Positions 24,691-36,870 of a stretch of DNA of 64,000 bases are shown here, one piece after another (the first letter of the stretch is position 1; each line of letters begins with the position of its first letter). Source of the stretch: Macrostomum lignano (Eukaryota); assembly GCA_002269645.1 (NCBI GenBank), contig NIVC01000853.1, positions 69,419-133,418 of the forward strand, in the 5' to 3' direction. A model generated the notes under the pieces. That model had not been told where the DNA came from and searched no databases. It saw only the letters and a list, made by a program, of their open reading frames with translations. The position numbers and the translations under genes were made by a program.

Positions 24691-24858
24691 TCTGTTTGAG
24701 CTGACGCAGGAAATTAGTTGAAGGTAAACTGGCCTGAAGCACAACACCTGCTGTCTGAGGCTCAGAATTCAACAAAAACTGTTATTTTCGTTCAAAAAGT
24801 AATTATAGACTAGAGCTATAGACCCGTGTGTTTAATCAAGACTAAGGGGCCATTCTTA

Positions 24859-25020
24859 GGCGATTTTGTGTTTAACCAAATGGGCGATTTTGTGTTTAAC
24901 CAAATGGGAGATTTTTCGTTTAACCAAATGGGCGATTTTGTGTTTAACCGAATGGGCGACTTTGTGTTTAACCAAATAGGCGACTTTGTGTTTAATCAGA
25001 TAGGCGATTGTGTTAAACCA
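24859..25020. repeat. 24-bp minisatellite
   Basis: GCGATTTTGTGTTTAACCAAATGG repeated about 6 times; about 25 nt from the donor at 25047. Confidence 0.9.
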
Positions 25021-25047
25021 GATGCACAAAAATTAGCACAGCCTCAC

Positions 25048-25216
25048 TTGTGCCTGTCCGAGTCCTCCTTTTTCTGCTCGAGCATATTGAACTCCACCCT
25101 GGAGAAGTAGGCACTCTGCTCCAGCACTGTGAATGCCAGCTTTCGCTTCTCCTGGCCAGGCGGATTGGCCTCCTCAATCAGGTGGAAGCCGGAGAGCTCG
25201 ATGCCGTCAATCATGT
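25048..25216 (-). CDS. NKRF: NKRF-like exon 2 (absent from the ORF track on this strand)
   Basis: DMIDGIELSGFHLIEEANPPGQEKRKLAFTVLEQSAYFSRVEFNMLEQKKEDSDRHK resembles NKRF NFVITENANDAIGILNNSASFNKMSIEY. Acceptor cccccccccgcAG, donor GTGAGG; 169 nt, phase 1 to phase 2. Confidence 0.8.
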
Positions 25217-25621
25217 CTGCGGGGGGGGGGTGTGCATGCGCTGGCTTTGAAGATAATTTGTGGCAACAATCTTGACCTGGGAGACTGGGCCGCTGTCAAT
25301 GGCAACGCACGCACGCTAGTAGAAGATTCACGGAGAGAATGTTTTAGGACATCACGCGTTCACAAGTGAATAGAGTACAGTATGTAGTGCAGTAATATGA
25401 GTAATATGTACTTAGTTTATACTGAAGGCTCAGTTATTGTTCCTATGCAGTTTACGGTACAAAACAATTGGAGAGAACTGGGAACGGTATTTTAAAGTAC
25501 AAAACAATTTGTTAGATTGTGAGAGATAAGTGGTGCAAGAATACATTAGAAATAACTATACATAGTGAGTTGGATTCGGATTTCTGGCTGGAAACGTTTA
25601 CTTGGTCCGCTTCACTGTGTC

Positions 25622-26038
25622 CAGCTGCTGACACAGCCACTGCTGACACAGTCACTGCTGACAACCACTGCTGACACAGCCACTGCTGACAGCCACTACT
25701 AACACAGCCACTGCTGACACAGCCACTGCTGACACAGTCACTGCTGACAACCACTGCTGACAGCCACTACTAACACAGCCACTGCTGACACAGCCACTGC
25801 TGACAGTCACTGCTGACACAGTCACTGCTGACACAGCCACTGCTGACACAGCCACTGCTGACACAGCCACTGCTGACAGCCACTACTGACAGCCACTGCT
25901 GACACAGTCACTGCTGACACAGTCACTGCTGACACAGCCACTGCTGACACAGTCACTGCTGACACAGCCACTGCTGACACAGTCACTGCTGACACAGTCA
26001 CTGCTGACAGCCACTACTGACACAGCCACTGCTGACAG
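25622..26038. repeat. 13-15-bp minisatellite (CACTGCTGACACAGC)n
   Basis: Direct reading. Confidence 0.95.
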
Positions 26039-26469
26039 GACCAAGTATTACTGTGACAAATTTCTGCACAAAGACTAAATAGAAAAACTGGTAAAAGGGA
26101 TCAAAAGAAATGATTTGACCACTGAGTTTGAGTTTTTAGACTTGAAATAATTAGTTAATCATAGACATGGAGTATATGACTGGTACCTGTTGTGAAACTA
26201 ATTCAAATAGTAAGAACTCCATTTTCTAGGAAAGCTCTATTAAGGACTTGATAAATATCGTTAAAGGCTTAGGAGCTATTGGACGCATTAGTATATATCC
26301 AGCATACTAAAACTATTTGGTTTGTAACCAAATTTGGTTTGGTTTGTTTAGGTGAAACAGCCGGCATACCTTTTCAAAAACTGCACTTTAAATTGAAAAT
26401 GAACTGCACAAAGAATAGCCTTTAGTTTTTTGTTACTTGAAAATTCCAATTATATTTCCGGTTTCCCTT

Positions 26470-27060
26470 GGAGCTGCCAGCTTCTCTTTGGGTTGCCAGT
26501 TTCTTTTTAGGTTGTCAGTTTCACTTTGGGTTATCAGTCTCTCTTTGGGTTGTCAGCTTCTCTTTGGGTTGCCAGCTTCTCTTTGGGTTGTCAGTCTCTC
26601 TTTGGGTTGTCAGTCTCTCTTTGGGTTGTCAGTCTCTCTTTGGGTTGTCAGTCTCTCTTTGGGTTGTCAGTTTCTTTTTAGGTTGTCAGTTTCTCTTTGG
26701 GTTGTCAGTTTCTCTTTGGGTTGTCAGTTTCTCTTTGGGTTGTCAGTCTCTATTTGGGTTGCCAGCTTCTCTGTGGGTTGTCAGTCTCTCTTTGGGTTGT
26801 CAGTTTCTTTTTAGGTTGTCAGTTTCTCTTTGGGTTGTCAGTTTCTCTTTGGGTTGTCAGTCTCTCTTTGGGTTGTCAGTTTCTCTTTGGGTTGTCAGTT
26901 TCTCTTTGGGTTGTCAGTCTCTATTTGGGTTGCCAGCTTCTCTGTGGGTTGTCAGGTTCTCTTTCGGTTGTCAACTTCTCTCTGTCTCTTTGGGTTGTCA
27001 GTTTTGCTTGGGGTTGCCATTTTTCCTTGGGGTTGCCATTTTTCCGTGGGGTTGCGAGTT
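26470..27060. repeat. 19-bp minisatellite (CTCTTTGGGTTGTCAGTTT)n
   Basis: Direct reading, with degenerate ends. Confidence 0.95.
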
Positions 27061-27912
27061 TCCTTCAAAACGGTCATAACCTTTCACTGAGATGCAAATT
27101 TAAGCTAGAGAAAAACCAGGTGAGAGCTAAAAAAAATTCACCTGTTCACACAGTCACTGTTCCATAGCATGAAACTAACGTTAAAAAAGTGGTCAAATCT
27201 AACGCGGAAATTACTGCAAATCAACGATCAGCAAGAGTTAGAGAAGAAAAATCAAAGCGTTAAAAAAACAATCAACTAAGCCACCAGTCGCTCAGCATTC
27301 TACTTATAGTATTATATATATGAAAAGAAACTGTGCCCAATATTTTGTGAGCATTGTGCGCTCAAAAGAAAAAAACTGGTTCATAGGAGAGCAGAAAGGA
27401 ATTTGGATAGAAAAAGCGGATGATGGCTTCAATATAAAACATCTCAGGGGGGTTGATGCAGAATCTGGCAAACTTTCTCAAACTGTGTAAGCAAGAAAAC
27501 ACGCAGCGGTAGTTAAGATTCCAGTCGGCTATTGTAAGGAAAAAACTAATGCAAAAAATGAACTCTGGTTATGAATGATGCATTGAGAGAGAGGCCACTG
27601 ATTGCTGAAGCCTGACTGAACATATGGTAATCCGTTCCTGCCGGTGGGATCAGCAGGACTTGGCCTTAGACTATTAAACTGTAAGCTGCATATTAGCTAG
27701 ACTGATAACGTATTGATTACTTAATCTGCGCCAATATACCTTTGCCAAAGCAATAGAGCCCTTGTCTATGGTAGCAAGACTGGTACAGCGGCTCTGTTTT
27801 ACCCCTAGATTTCCATTTAGACATGATAGTCTCAAGCAGTGAGGACGAGAGCATTGTTTAGCAATTTGACGATCATTATTCACATTTTTAATGCAGAACA
27901 ATCCATTATAGG

Positions 27913-28277
27913 TTTTGTCAGCCTAACTGAGAATAAAGCCATCCAAAGTGAGAATTCTGCCCACGCCGACTGCGAAGGGCCCGGCCGCGTGCAGCCTTAG
28001 TCTATGGGCCATAGACTATAAAGGACAAGCAAAGTGTGTTCCTGTTTCCGTTATTCCGTTCAAGCTATTGGCTAGTCATATGGCTCAGAAGGTATAAAAA
28101 TAAAAGAATACGACACATAGACCAATCGATTCTCACATTGGATGGCTTTTTATCACTTTGCTTGTCCTTTACAGTCCACGGCCCACAGACCAAGGCTGCA
28201 CGCAGCCAGGCCCTTCGCAGTCAGCGTAGGCAGGATTCTCACCCTGGATGGCTCCATTCTCAGTTAAGCTGACAAAA
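27913..28277. repeat. Fold-back element: 124-bp inverted repeat with a 117-nt loop
   Basis: Arms 27913-28036 and 28154-28277 align without gaps at 109/124 identity. A third partial copy of the AGCCATCCA..GTGAGAAT motif lies in the loop (28128-28153). Confidence 0.95.
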
Positions 28278-30046
28278 GCAATACTACAAACAATGCATTG
28301 TCTGTAGGATCGTCAAACAGAAAAACAGACAAACAATGCTTCATTTGCAGCTGCAAGAGACGGTCGAACGAATGCCAATACCCACTTAGAAAATTCGAAG
28401 CCTATTGCTAATTAAATTTCTAGTTCAACTGAATATTCAAGGTTAGACTTGGAATGAGAGAAAAATCGTATCCTAGTTTAACTGACTGTTAAAATTAGTG
28501 CATTTTAACAAAGCTAAACTTATATTGTTTATTCTGCTATTTCTAGGGCTATTTATAACCAAAATAAATAATCATCCAACTAAATCTTGCCAAAATGATA
28601 TTCACTAATATTGAAAAAATAATTGTGCGCTACTAACCGCAGTAGATAAATTCGGGTATAAACTCTTAAATTTGCGCGACGCTATTTAAATTAAACAACT
28701 ATTCCGTCTTGCTAGCCTTCCCACTTACCTGATTGGCGGTACAGTGAAATTTGCTCAAATAAATTGCATTACACAGCTGTAACACGTGTTTGGGTTTAAT
28801 TAAATACTTATGTACCACCATTGCTACCATACACAAAGCTCCATTACTCTGACAAACATATATTGGATTGTATTCAATGCGTGTAGGCCCAAATGGGCGG
28901 CAAAAATGCTACATTAGTCAAGGACAGCTCTGCTGACCATCCGGCAGCTTTGAAGTTAACAGTATAGGAAATTTCCCAAGCTATTATTTCAGACAAGGTG
29001 TCACTGCGCAAGCCCTGTGCCCAAAATTTACATGGTCAGTACATTAAACTGTGTGTCAACAGAATCTAACTCACGTACTTATATATAATACACATGAAAA
29101 ATAAGCGAGTAAGCCAAATGTCGATGGATCCGTTCCGCTGAACTGTTATAAAAGTTACAGATAGATGATTATTAACGCTATTGATACAATACACCTACCT
29201 GCTGGGAGGCGCAGCTTGGGTAACAAAGGTGCGCCTTTGAGTAGGGGGAAAAAGGGCAAATTCAAGCAAGTCGCCACCCTTTGAAGGGTGCGTGCGACAC
29301 GGCTGCTCGGCTCGTCTCTCTTGCATCTCGCCCTTGAAGTGAAATTACCGGGCCTAGCCGATTCAAGGAGAGACTCAGAGAGGGGAGAGGGGGGCCAAGT
29401 CATCAAAAACGCCTGGCGCAGCGCATTGCGCTCGGCGGAATTGCACAAGTTGCGGAGCGCAACGCAACTCAAACCAATTTGAGACTTGGGACAGATGGGA
29501 TAACAATCAGACTAAGCTAGCTTGTTGCCGACAGGCTTGGCGGACGGGGGATTAGCGAGAGGGGCGGGGGTTTTGGCACACGGGTACAATTTGAGCACAC
29601 CTGCAGGCTGCCTGCGAAGCGAAGTGTTGGGGTGAGTTCTGTACAGGCTTGAGCGTGCTCTCCGCCGTCTCTTATTGAGATAAAAAATGGCTTATATTTT
29701 GGCACACTGCTATTAAAAACAAGCTACTCGAAGTAGTTGTTTGGTTTTCTATTCGAGAATTTTTTAAACAACAAGCAAAAAACACTTTTGTTTTACGGAA
29801 TTTGAGTGACTGAAGAAGGCTGAATTCATAAAAAATAATTCTGTTTTAAGTAGTTTAAAGAACACCAAGGGTAAACTAATACGCTCGTAGGTTGACATGC
29901 GCTAAGGTAAGCGGTAATAAGACCAATTAGTGTGCTAAGCTAAGCATTTTAAGCTTTAATTAACTAATGCGAATAAATGTGGGCGAGCGTTCATACAGTG
30001 AGGCGTGCACAGATTTTTATCCTATTGGAGTGGTCCTGGGAGAGTA

Positions 30047-31350
30047 GTGGCAATCAGCTGAGGATCTGGCAGTGAGACTGGCAATCAGCTGAGGATCTGG
30101 CAGTGAGACTGGCAATCAGCTGAGGATCTGGCAGTGAGACTGGCAATCAGCTGAGGATCTGGCAGTGAGACTGGCAATCAGCTGAGGATCTGGCAGTGAG
30201 ACTGGCAATCAGCTGAGGATCTGGCAGTGAGACTGGCAATCAGCTGAGGATCTGGCAGTGAGACTGGCAATCAGCTGAGGATCTGGCAGTGAGATTGGCA
30301 ATCAGCTGAGGATCTGGCAGTGAGACTGGCAATCAGCTGAGGATCTGGCAGTGAGACTGGCAATCAGCTGAGGATCTGGCAGTGAGACTGGCAATCAGCT
30401 GAGGATCTGGCAGGATACTGGCAATAAACTGAGGATCTGGCAGTGAGACTGGCAATCAGCTGAGGATCTGGCAGTGAGACTGGCAATCAGCTGAGGATCT
30501 GGCAGGATACTGGCAATCAGCTGAGGATCTGGCAGGATACTGGCAATAAACTGAGGATCTGGCAGTGAGACTGGCAATCAGCTGAGGATCTGGCAGGATA
30601 CTGGCAATCAGCTGAGGATCTGGCAGTGAGACTGGCAATCAGCTGAGGATCTGGCAGTGAGACTGGCAATCAGCTGAGGATCTGGCAGTGAGACTGGCAA
30701 TCAGCTGAGGATCTGGCAGGATACTGGCAATCAGCTGAGGATCTGGCAGTGAGACTGGCAATCAGCTGAGGATCTGGCAGTGAGACTGGCAATCAGCTGA
30801 GGATCTGGCAGTGAGACTGACAATCAGCTGAGGATCTGGCAGTGAGACTGGCAATCAGCTGAGGATCTGGCAGTGAGACTGGCAATCAGCTGAGGATCTG
30901 GCAGTGAGACTGGCAATCAGCTGAGGATCTGGCAGGATACTGGCAATCAGCTGAGGATCTGGCAGTGAGACTGGCAATCAGCTGAGGATCTGGCAGTGAG
31001 ACTGGCAATCAGCTGAGGATCTGGCAGTGAGACTGGCAATCAGCTGAGGATCTGGCAGGATACTGGCAATCAGCTGAGGATCTGGCAGTGAGACTGGCAA
31101 TCAGCTGAGGATCTGGCAGGATACTGGCAATAAACTGAGGATCTGGCAGTGAGACTGGCAATCAGCTGAGGATCTGGCAGGGTGGCTGGCAATCAGCTGA
31201 GGATCTGGCAGTGAGACTGGCAATCAGCTGAGGATCTGGCAGTGAGACTGGCAATCAGCTGAGGATCTGGCAGTGAGACTGGCAATCAGCTGAGGATCTG
31301 GCAGTGAGACTGGCAATCAGCTGAGGATCAGGCAGGGTGGCTGGCAATCA
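30047..31350. repeat. 31-bp minisatellite (GGCAATCAGCTGAGGATCTGGCAGTGAGACT)n
   Basis: About 42 copies in NKRF intron 1. Confidence 0.97.
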
Positions 31351-31826
31351 TAGCAAATTAAATGCAGTCAGTCGCAGTGCAGTTTAAAAAGTGAACAGTG
31401 AAGCGAGTGATTGGCTCACGCCATTGTCTGCAAGCAAGGCAAAGCAATACAATCGAATTACGGGTGGCACAACAGCAGGGGTACACAAAAAGGTGTTAGG
31501 AATTCAATAAAATATGAACAGTGCAGCCTCTTAAAGTCACTCAAATTGCCGCCGAATCAGATTGCTTTGAGAAGCAGCATAGCCAAATAAATTGAAGTTC
31601 ACTATGATTTTCTTACTAATAAAAACTTATGGAAAACCGTTATAAAACTGCATGACTGCAGATTATGCAGTACAAAGCAAGTAATAAAAAAACTGTCTTC
31701 GTGTCTTTTAATTTGTGCCAACACTTACTGAATTGATTAATTAAGTCATTCAATAGAAAGGTAAAAGGTATAATCACTTTATGTACATAATATAATTCCA
31801 TGAAACCAAAAGCGCTAAATACTCAC

Positions 31827-33069
31827 CTGGACGCAACAAGTCGGGCTTTTCAAACGGATTCGAGTAGAGCACCTCCTCAACTGAGTAGCGCTCCAGCATA
31901 GTCAGGGCCATGTGGTGCGCCCGGTCCACCGCTTTCTGCCTGTCCGACGAGGTCGCCAGCCCGACGCGGACACCGCTGAGGGTGACGCAGCAGGCGTACT
32001 TCTTGCCAGGCTTGCCCAGCTCCTCGCGATACTCCAACGGTGCCCGTTTGACAAACAGCTGCAAAAAGTGCTTCGGATTTTTTATCACCCGGCCGAGCCG
32101 CTGGCGGGCCCAGGACATCACTCGGCCAAGTTGGCGCTCAATGACTGCCACTGTGACGGGAGACGGCGGCGCGTCTGACGGAGGCTGCGACTGCTGCTGC
32201 TCTGGCTGTTGTGGTGAGGTGGCAGAAGAATTTAAGCCGCCGGTAGAACCCATGGACTCGGTTCGCTGGCGCTGTTGCTGTTGATGCTGTTGCAGCAGAG
32301 TCTGCGGCGGCTGCTGCTTCTGAGGCTGAGGCGCTGGAATGAGCTGACCAACAGTCGCTGAGCTCACCAAGGTCATGAGCTTCGGCGGCTGAGCCGGCTG
32401 TATTGGTGTCTGCTGCTGCTGCTGCTGTCGGGCCCGATCTGCCACAGGCGGCGTGGGCACCCGGATGTCCATCAGGCTGAGGATGCGCGGACCTGACTGG
32501 CTAACGGAGACTGCCGAAGCGCTGTTGGCGACCGAGGTCTGGTGCTGCTGCAGGTGATGTTGCTGTTGCTGCTGCTGCTGTTGCTGCTTGGCAAGAAATC
32601 GTACAGCCGCACTCTGCGGATTCCTGCGCCTACGTCGCCTGTTGCTACTGACAACCGCGCCGCCGCCACCGAAGCTGTGATTGTTTTTGTTCTGAGTGGC
32701 GGAGTGCGGCTGCTGATGCTGCGCAGGTGGCTGCGGCGGCGGCTGCTGCGGCGGGCCGCGGGTGGGCGTTGCAGAGCGAGACCGCGAGACAGACGACAAT
32801 CGGCCACGGCCGCTGGCTCGATGAGGCCGCCGCGACGAGCGACTCTGACCACCGGCATCGGGACCGTCGCCACCGCGCCGTCTGTGCGGTCTCCGGTGTC
32901 CGCCGTGTCGATGTCGGCGATGCCAGCCGACTCGGTCGCGAGAAGAATTCCGCGAATCAGATGCCGAGCTGCCGCTGCTGCCGTCAGCGGAACGACTGCG
33001 ACTCCTGGGGCCGCGGCTGTCGCTGCGATGCCTTCGTCGACGGCGATGACGCTTCAGCGGCCGCGTCAT
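31827..33069 (-). CDS. NKRF: NKRF-like protein, exon 1 (RS-rich and Q-rich N-terminus plus first dsRBD-like domain)
   Basis: ATG at 33069. YACCVTLSGVRVGLATSSDRQKAVDRAHHMALTML resembles the first NKRF dsRBD-like repeat. Donor GTGAGT at 31826, phase 1; 1243 nt. Confidence 0.75.
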
Positions 33070-36000
33070 TGCCGTGGGGTAGAGCGCATGAGAGAAACGA
33101 TTGTTAAGGTTGACAGTAGGCTAAAGGATGGGGCGGAGTACCTGGGGCATTGTGTTTATCCCCAACAGTGAGAAAGTGCATGTGCGCATATGTGTGCTTA
33201 GAGCTCAGCGGAATGGGCATGAATGCAGGTATTTTTTTAATTGGGGGCTGTGTACACCCTGGCGCACTTTAACCGGCATTGTCGCACAACCGGCGAGAGG
33301 CATTACTGCATCACACAGGAGTGTACCGGTTCAGCGGCCCTGGCTTTTTATCGTTTGGCGTGTGCAATTGGCAACCTTATAAGCTATGGTCTGTTATAGC
33401 ACTGCAGAAGTGTGGTGGCCCTGTTGTAATTGAACTTTACCTACTAGCTTCTATTCCACTGACTGAGCTTCAATCAGACAGACTTGAAGGAGAATTTACT
33501 GTTTATAGACAAGGGCATGGTGGTTGCTATTTTATCTCAGTAGAGCAGATAATGCTTTCAGCCTGTCAATGAAGAATGCAAACCTTCATTCCTTCAAACC
33601 TTCCTTCATTTTATCTTTAATATAATGCAGACCTTCAAATCAATGCACCATCTAGGAACTGCCAAGCACAAGACAATTGTTGCATAGGCACATTGCTGTT
33701 TGCAAAGGTTGCGTTAATTGATAGTTTGCCAGGCCAAATTGAAGAGATATCATTGGGTGAAAGAGTAACTCTATACTCTATCTATGGCTTCTATGGCTAT
33801 GGCCTTAGTTTCTATTAAGGAGTCTGAAATGCTTGAAGTTTTTTCTGCTTAAACTTTACAAGTACCAGACAACAAGTTTACTAACTTTTTATCTAGAAGA
33901 AAATTGCAGTATCCACCTGAATGGCTAATTGTCTATGCATCAATGTGCTACTCACACTCTTTGGTATGGTTCCACTAAAGTATGCCAACCATACAATTTG
34001 TCTTTTTCTATATATTTTTGAGTTTCTTGTTGACTTTGACATTTAAAAGGATCAACTAACATCTATTGTAAGCTGGCTTGCAAATACTTTTTTCAAGGGC
34101 CTAGTGTATATGAGCTAAGCCATTAGAGATACCTTTCCATAGCTTTAATGCCAATGGATATATACTACATAAATTACAGCCTGAACAAGTTGCTACATTC
34201 TTTAATATTATCATCTTTGGTTGAGTAATTGATTGTTAGTTTAATCAGATGCACTTATTCTAACCCTTGATTTTTTAGTCAATTTGAGAGCATATTTAAT
34301 TTATTGAAAAACATTTGTTTAAGCTTGTTAACAGAAGTTTCAATTTGATAGATAAGATTTTTGTTTATTTGAATTAGTTCTTATTACCAATACAATTTAT
34401 ATAAATTCATTGTGCCTCGATTTGTTAGCTTGGCAGTTTCATGTTAGGCTAATCTATTCTAGACTAAATTTCAATTCACTAAACATTTAAATATCTATAA
34501 GTGGAGACACCACCTAAGATGCTTCTATATCCCCAAAACTAGGCCTATTGCTTTGCTTGCCATGGGGTATCCCAGAAGTTGATTCAATTTTTTCACTAGA
34601 TAGCCTTTCTTGATTAAGCAAAAAAATTAATATTTAGAAATATTTAGCTAAATGAAGTTCAATTTGTCTTTTTCTTTTCTCTTGTCAGGCTAACTAATTG
34701 TTATTTTTATAAGCATACTATAGAAGTTGAATGCATATTGCCAATAACATAGTAAATATTTACATTAAATGAATTGCAAGCTTTTTTTTCAATTCAATAA
34801 TCAATTAAATGGTCTAGCAGATAGTTTGTTTATTATCAAGAGTTAGACTCTGACTGACTCTGATCTGTTATGGACTGTGGGCTCTAGGGTCAGTGCTTGG
34901 GGTAGGTTCTTTGTCTAGTGAGAATTTGCGTACTCTATGTACATTGTTGCTCATTTTCCATTCTATTATGCATACCTTATCTTTGTCACCTACCCCAATG
35001 CTATGCTGCGATGCTTATTAAATGTGTTTCTGATCTAAGGTTGACTTCAATAAACTTCTGTCACTACTGAGTGCTAAAGCTAATTATTGACTTTCATCAA
35101 GTTAAAATATAAATTGATATTTTATCACCTTAATAACCAAAATATAGAATGGTAACACTGCATATAATAGGGCTAGATTAGGTTAGGCTAGGCAAAATAA
35201 AAAAGTAGAGCAACACAAGAGTCTCCAATTAGCTCTTTTCAATTTTTGTAATAGATAAGAATGCCAAAATCCAAGTAACCATATTTGGCCTAAATCTAAT
35301 GGAGCATTAAGCCTACCAGTTAAGTCTACCAATAGCCATTATAACTTTACTGTATATAGTCAAGAATGGATTTTCAATGTTGACAAAGGTAGCATAATCA
35401 GTGTAATTGATGATAAGAATGTTATATGCATATTAAAGTACAACTACAAAACTTGCTAAGCTATCTATTTTTTAATAACAAATATAACAGATATAATATA
35501 TTTTTGTTATTATATGGAAAGTTTGGGACATGTAAACTGAATTTGAGTATACTATATATAATCTAATGATTATCTAATTGAAGAACATTTATTTAGCCAC
35601 TGGCTCTAATTATTTTTAGAAGTTAGATCCAAAACTTTTAGCAACCTTGTTAATATTATAGGCATAATATACAGCATAACTTTTACTAGTGCATACAAAG
35701 TCTAGAGACTGTACAAATTGCACAAATTGTTTGCCTTTAAGACTTAAATTCTAAGATAATAATTATGACGATGTAAATAGGGCAATAAACTGATGATTAA
35801 TTTTGAATATAGAAGACTTGTTGCATTTTAGCCATCAAAGGCACTCAAATAACTGACTTTGAAGGAATTTCTTTGAATAGCAATATTGGTCTTGCATGCT
35901 ATAAGGCCTAGCTTTCCAAAGGGAAAGAATTCTATTTCTAGTTCAATGTCTATTTGGATATAGTCAAGAATTTAGTCTATAGCTCTAAGAATACTATCAA

Positions 36001-36344
36001 GAAATATAAAAATTTTGCTATACATGCCAATCAAAATAAGTGGACAAATGTATTGTTTAAGGATATACATCTGTAGACTTTGGTTCAAAATATTATTTAA
36101 TCTTATCTTATCCTTAAAGGTATCTGAATAAAGTAGGCCTAAAATAAATAATTTAAAACAATTTGAATAGGCTTAATAGACTTGTTACCAAAATGATTAG
36201 TACCCTAGCCATTAGATATAAGCCATAAGACTTATTAGACATAGTAACTTTCAATTCAATTGAGAACCCAGCTCATGACTGCCCTTCTGGGTCCACTTTG
36301 TTGGGCCCCTAAGCGAAGGGAAAAGTCCTGATTATAGTACGGGC

Positions 36345-36870
36345 CAGAGGTAAAGAGAGAGGATAAGGAATAAAGAAAAGAAATATGAGCATAGGATAAA
36401 GGAGAGATAAAGGAATAAAGGAGAAGAGAGTTGATGAGAGGAGAGATTAAATACGAGCAGAGAAAGAGGAGAAGGGAGATTAATAGAGAGGAAAGAGAAG
36501 AGAAGAAAGGAGGGAAGGGAGAAGAGAATGAAGAGGAAAAGGGAAATGAAAGGAAATAGGTGAGGAGAAAGGAGAAGATAGAGGTAAGAAGAGAGGGGAG
36601 GAAAGAGATAAGGAGAGGAGAGAGGAGAGGGCAGAGATGAGAGAGGAGAGGGCAGAGATAAGAGAGAGAAAAGATAAGAGATGAAAGGGCAGAGTTGACT
36701 ATGAGAGAGAAAACAGATGAGAAGAGAGGGTAGAGATGAGAGAGAGAACAGATGAGAAGAGGGCAGAGAAGAGAGACAAGAGGGCAGAGATGAGAGAGAA
36801 AAGATAAGAGATAAGAGTGCAGAGATAAGAGAAAAGATGAGAATGCAAAGATGAGAGACAAAAGGGCACT
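36345..36870. repeat. GA-rich low-complexity tract
   Basis: Nearly pure purine on the plus strand. Confidence 0.9.

Noticed and set aside
31910-33171. Plus-strand ORFs overlapping NKRF exon 1, and similar antisense ORFs over other exons
   Set aside because: These are shadow ORFs of GC-rich, low-complexity coding sequence with no independent homology.
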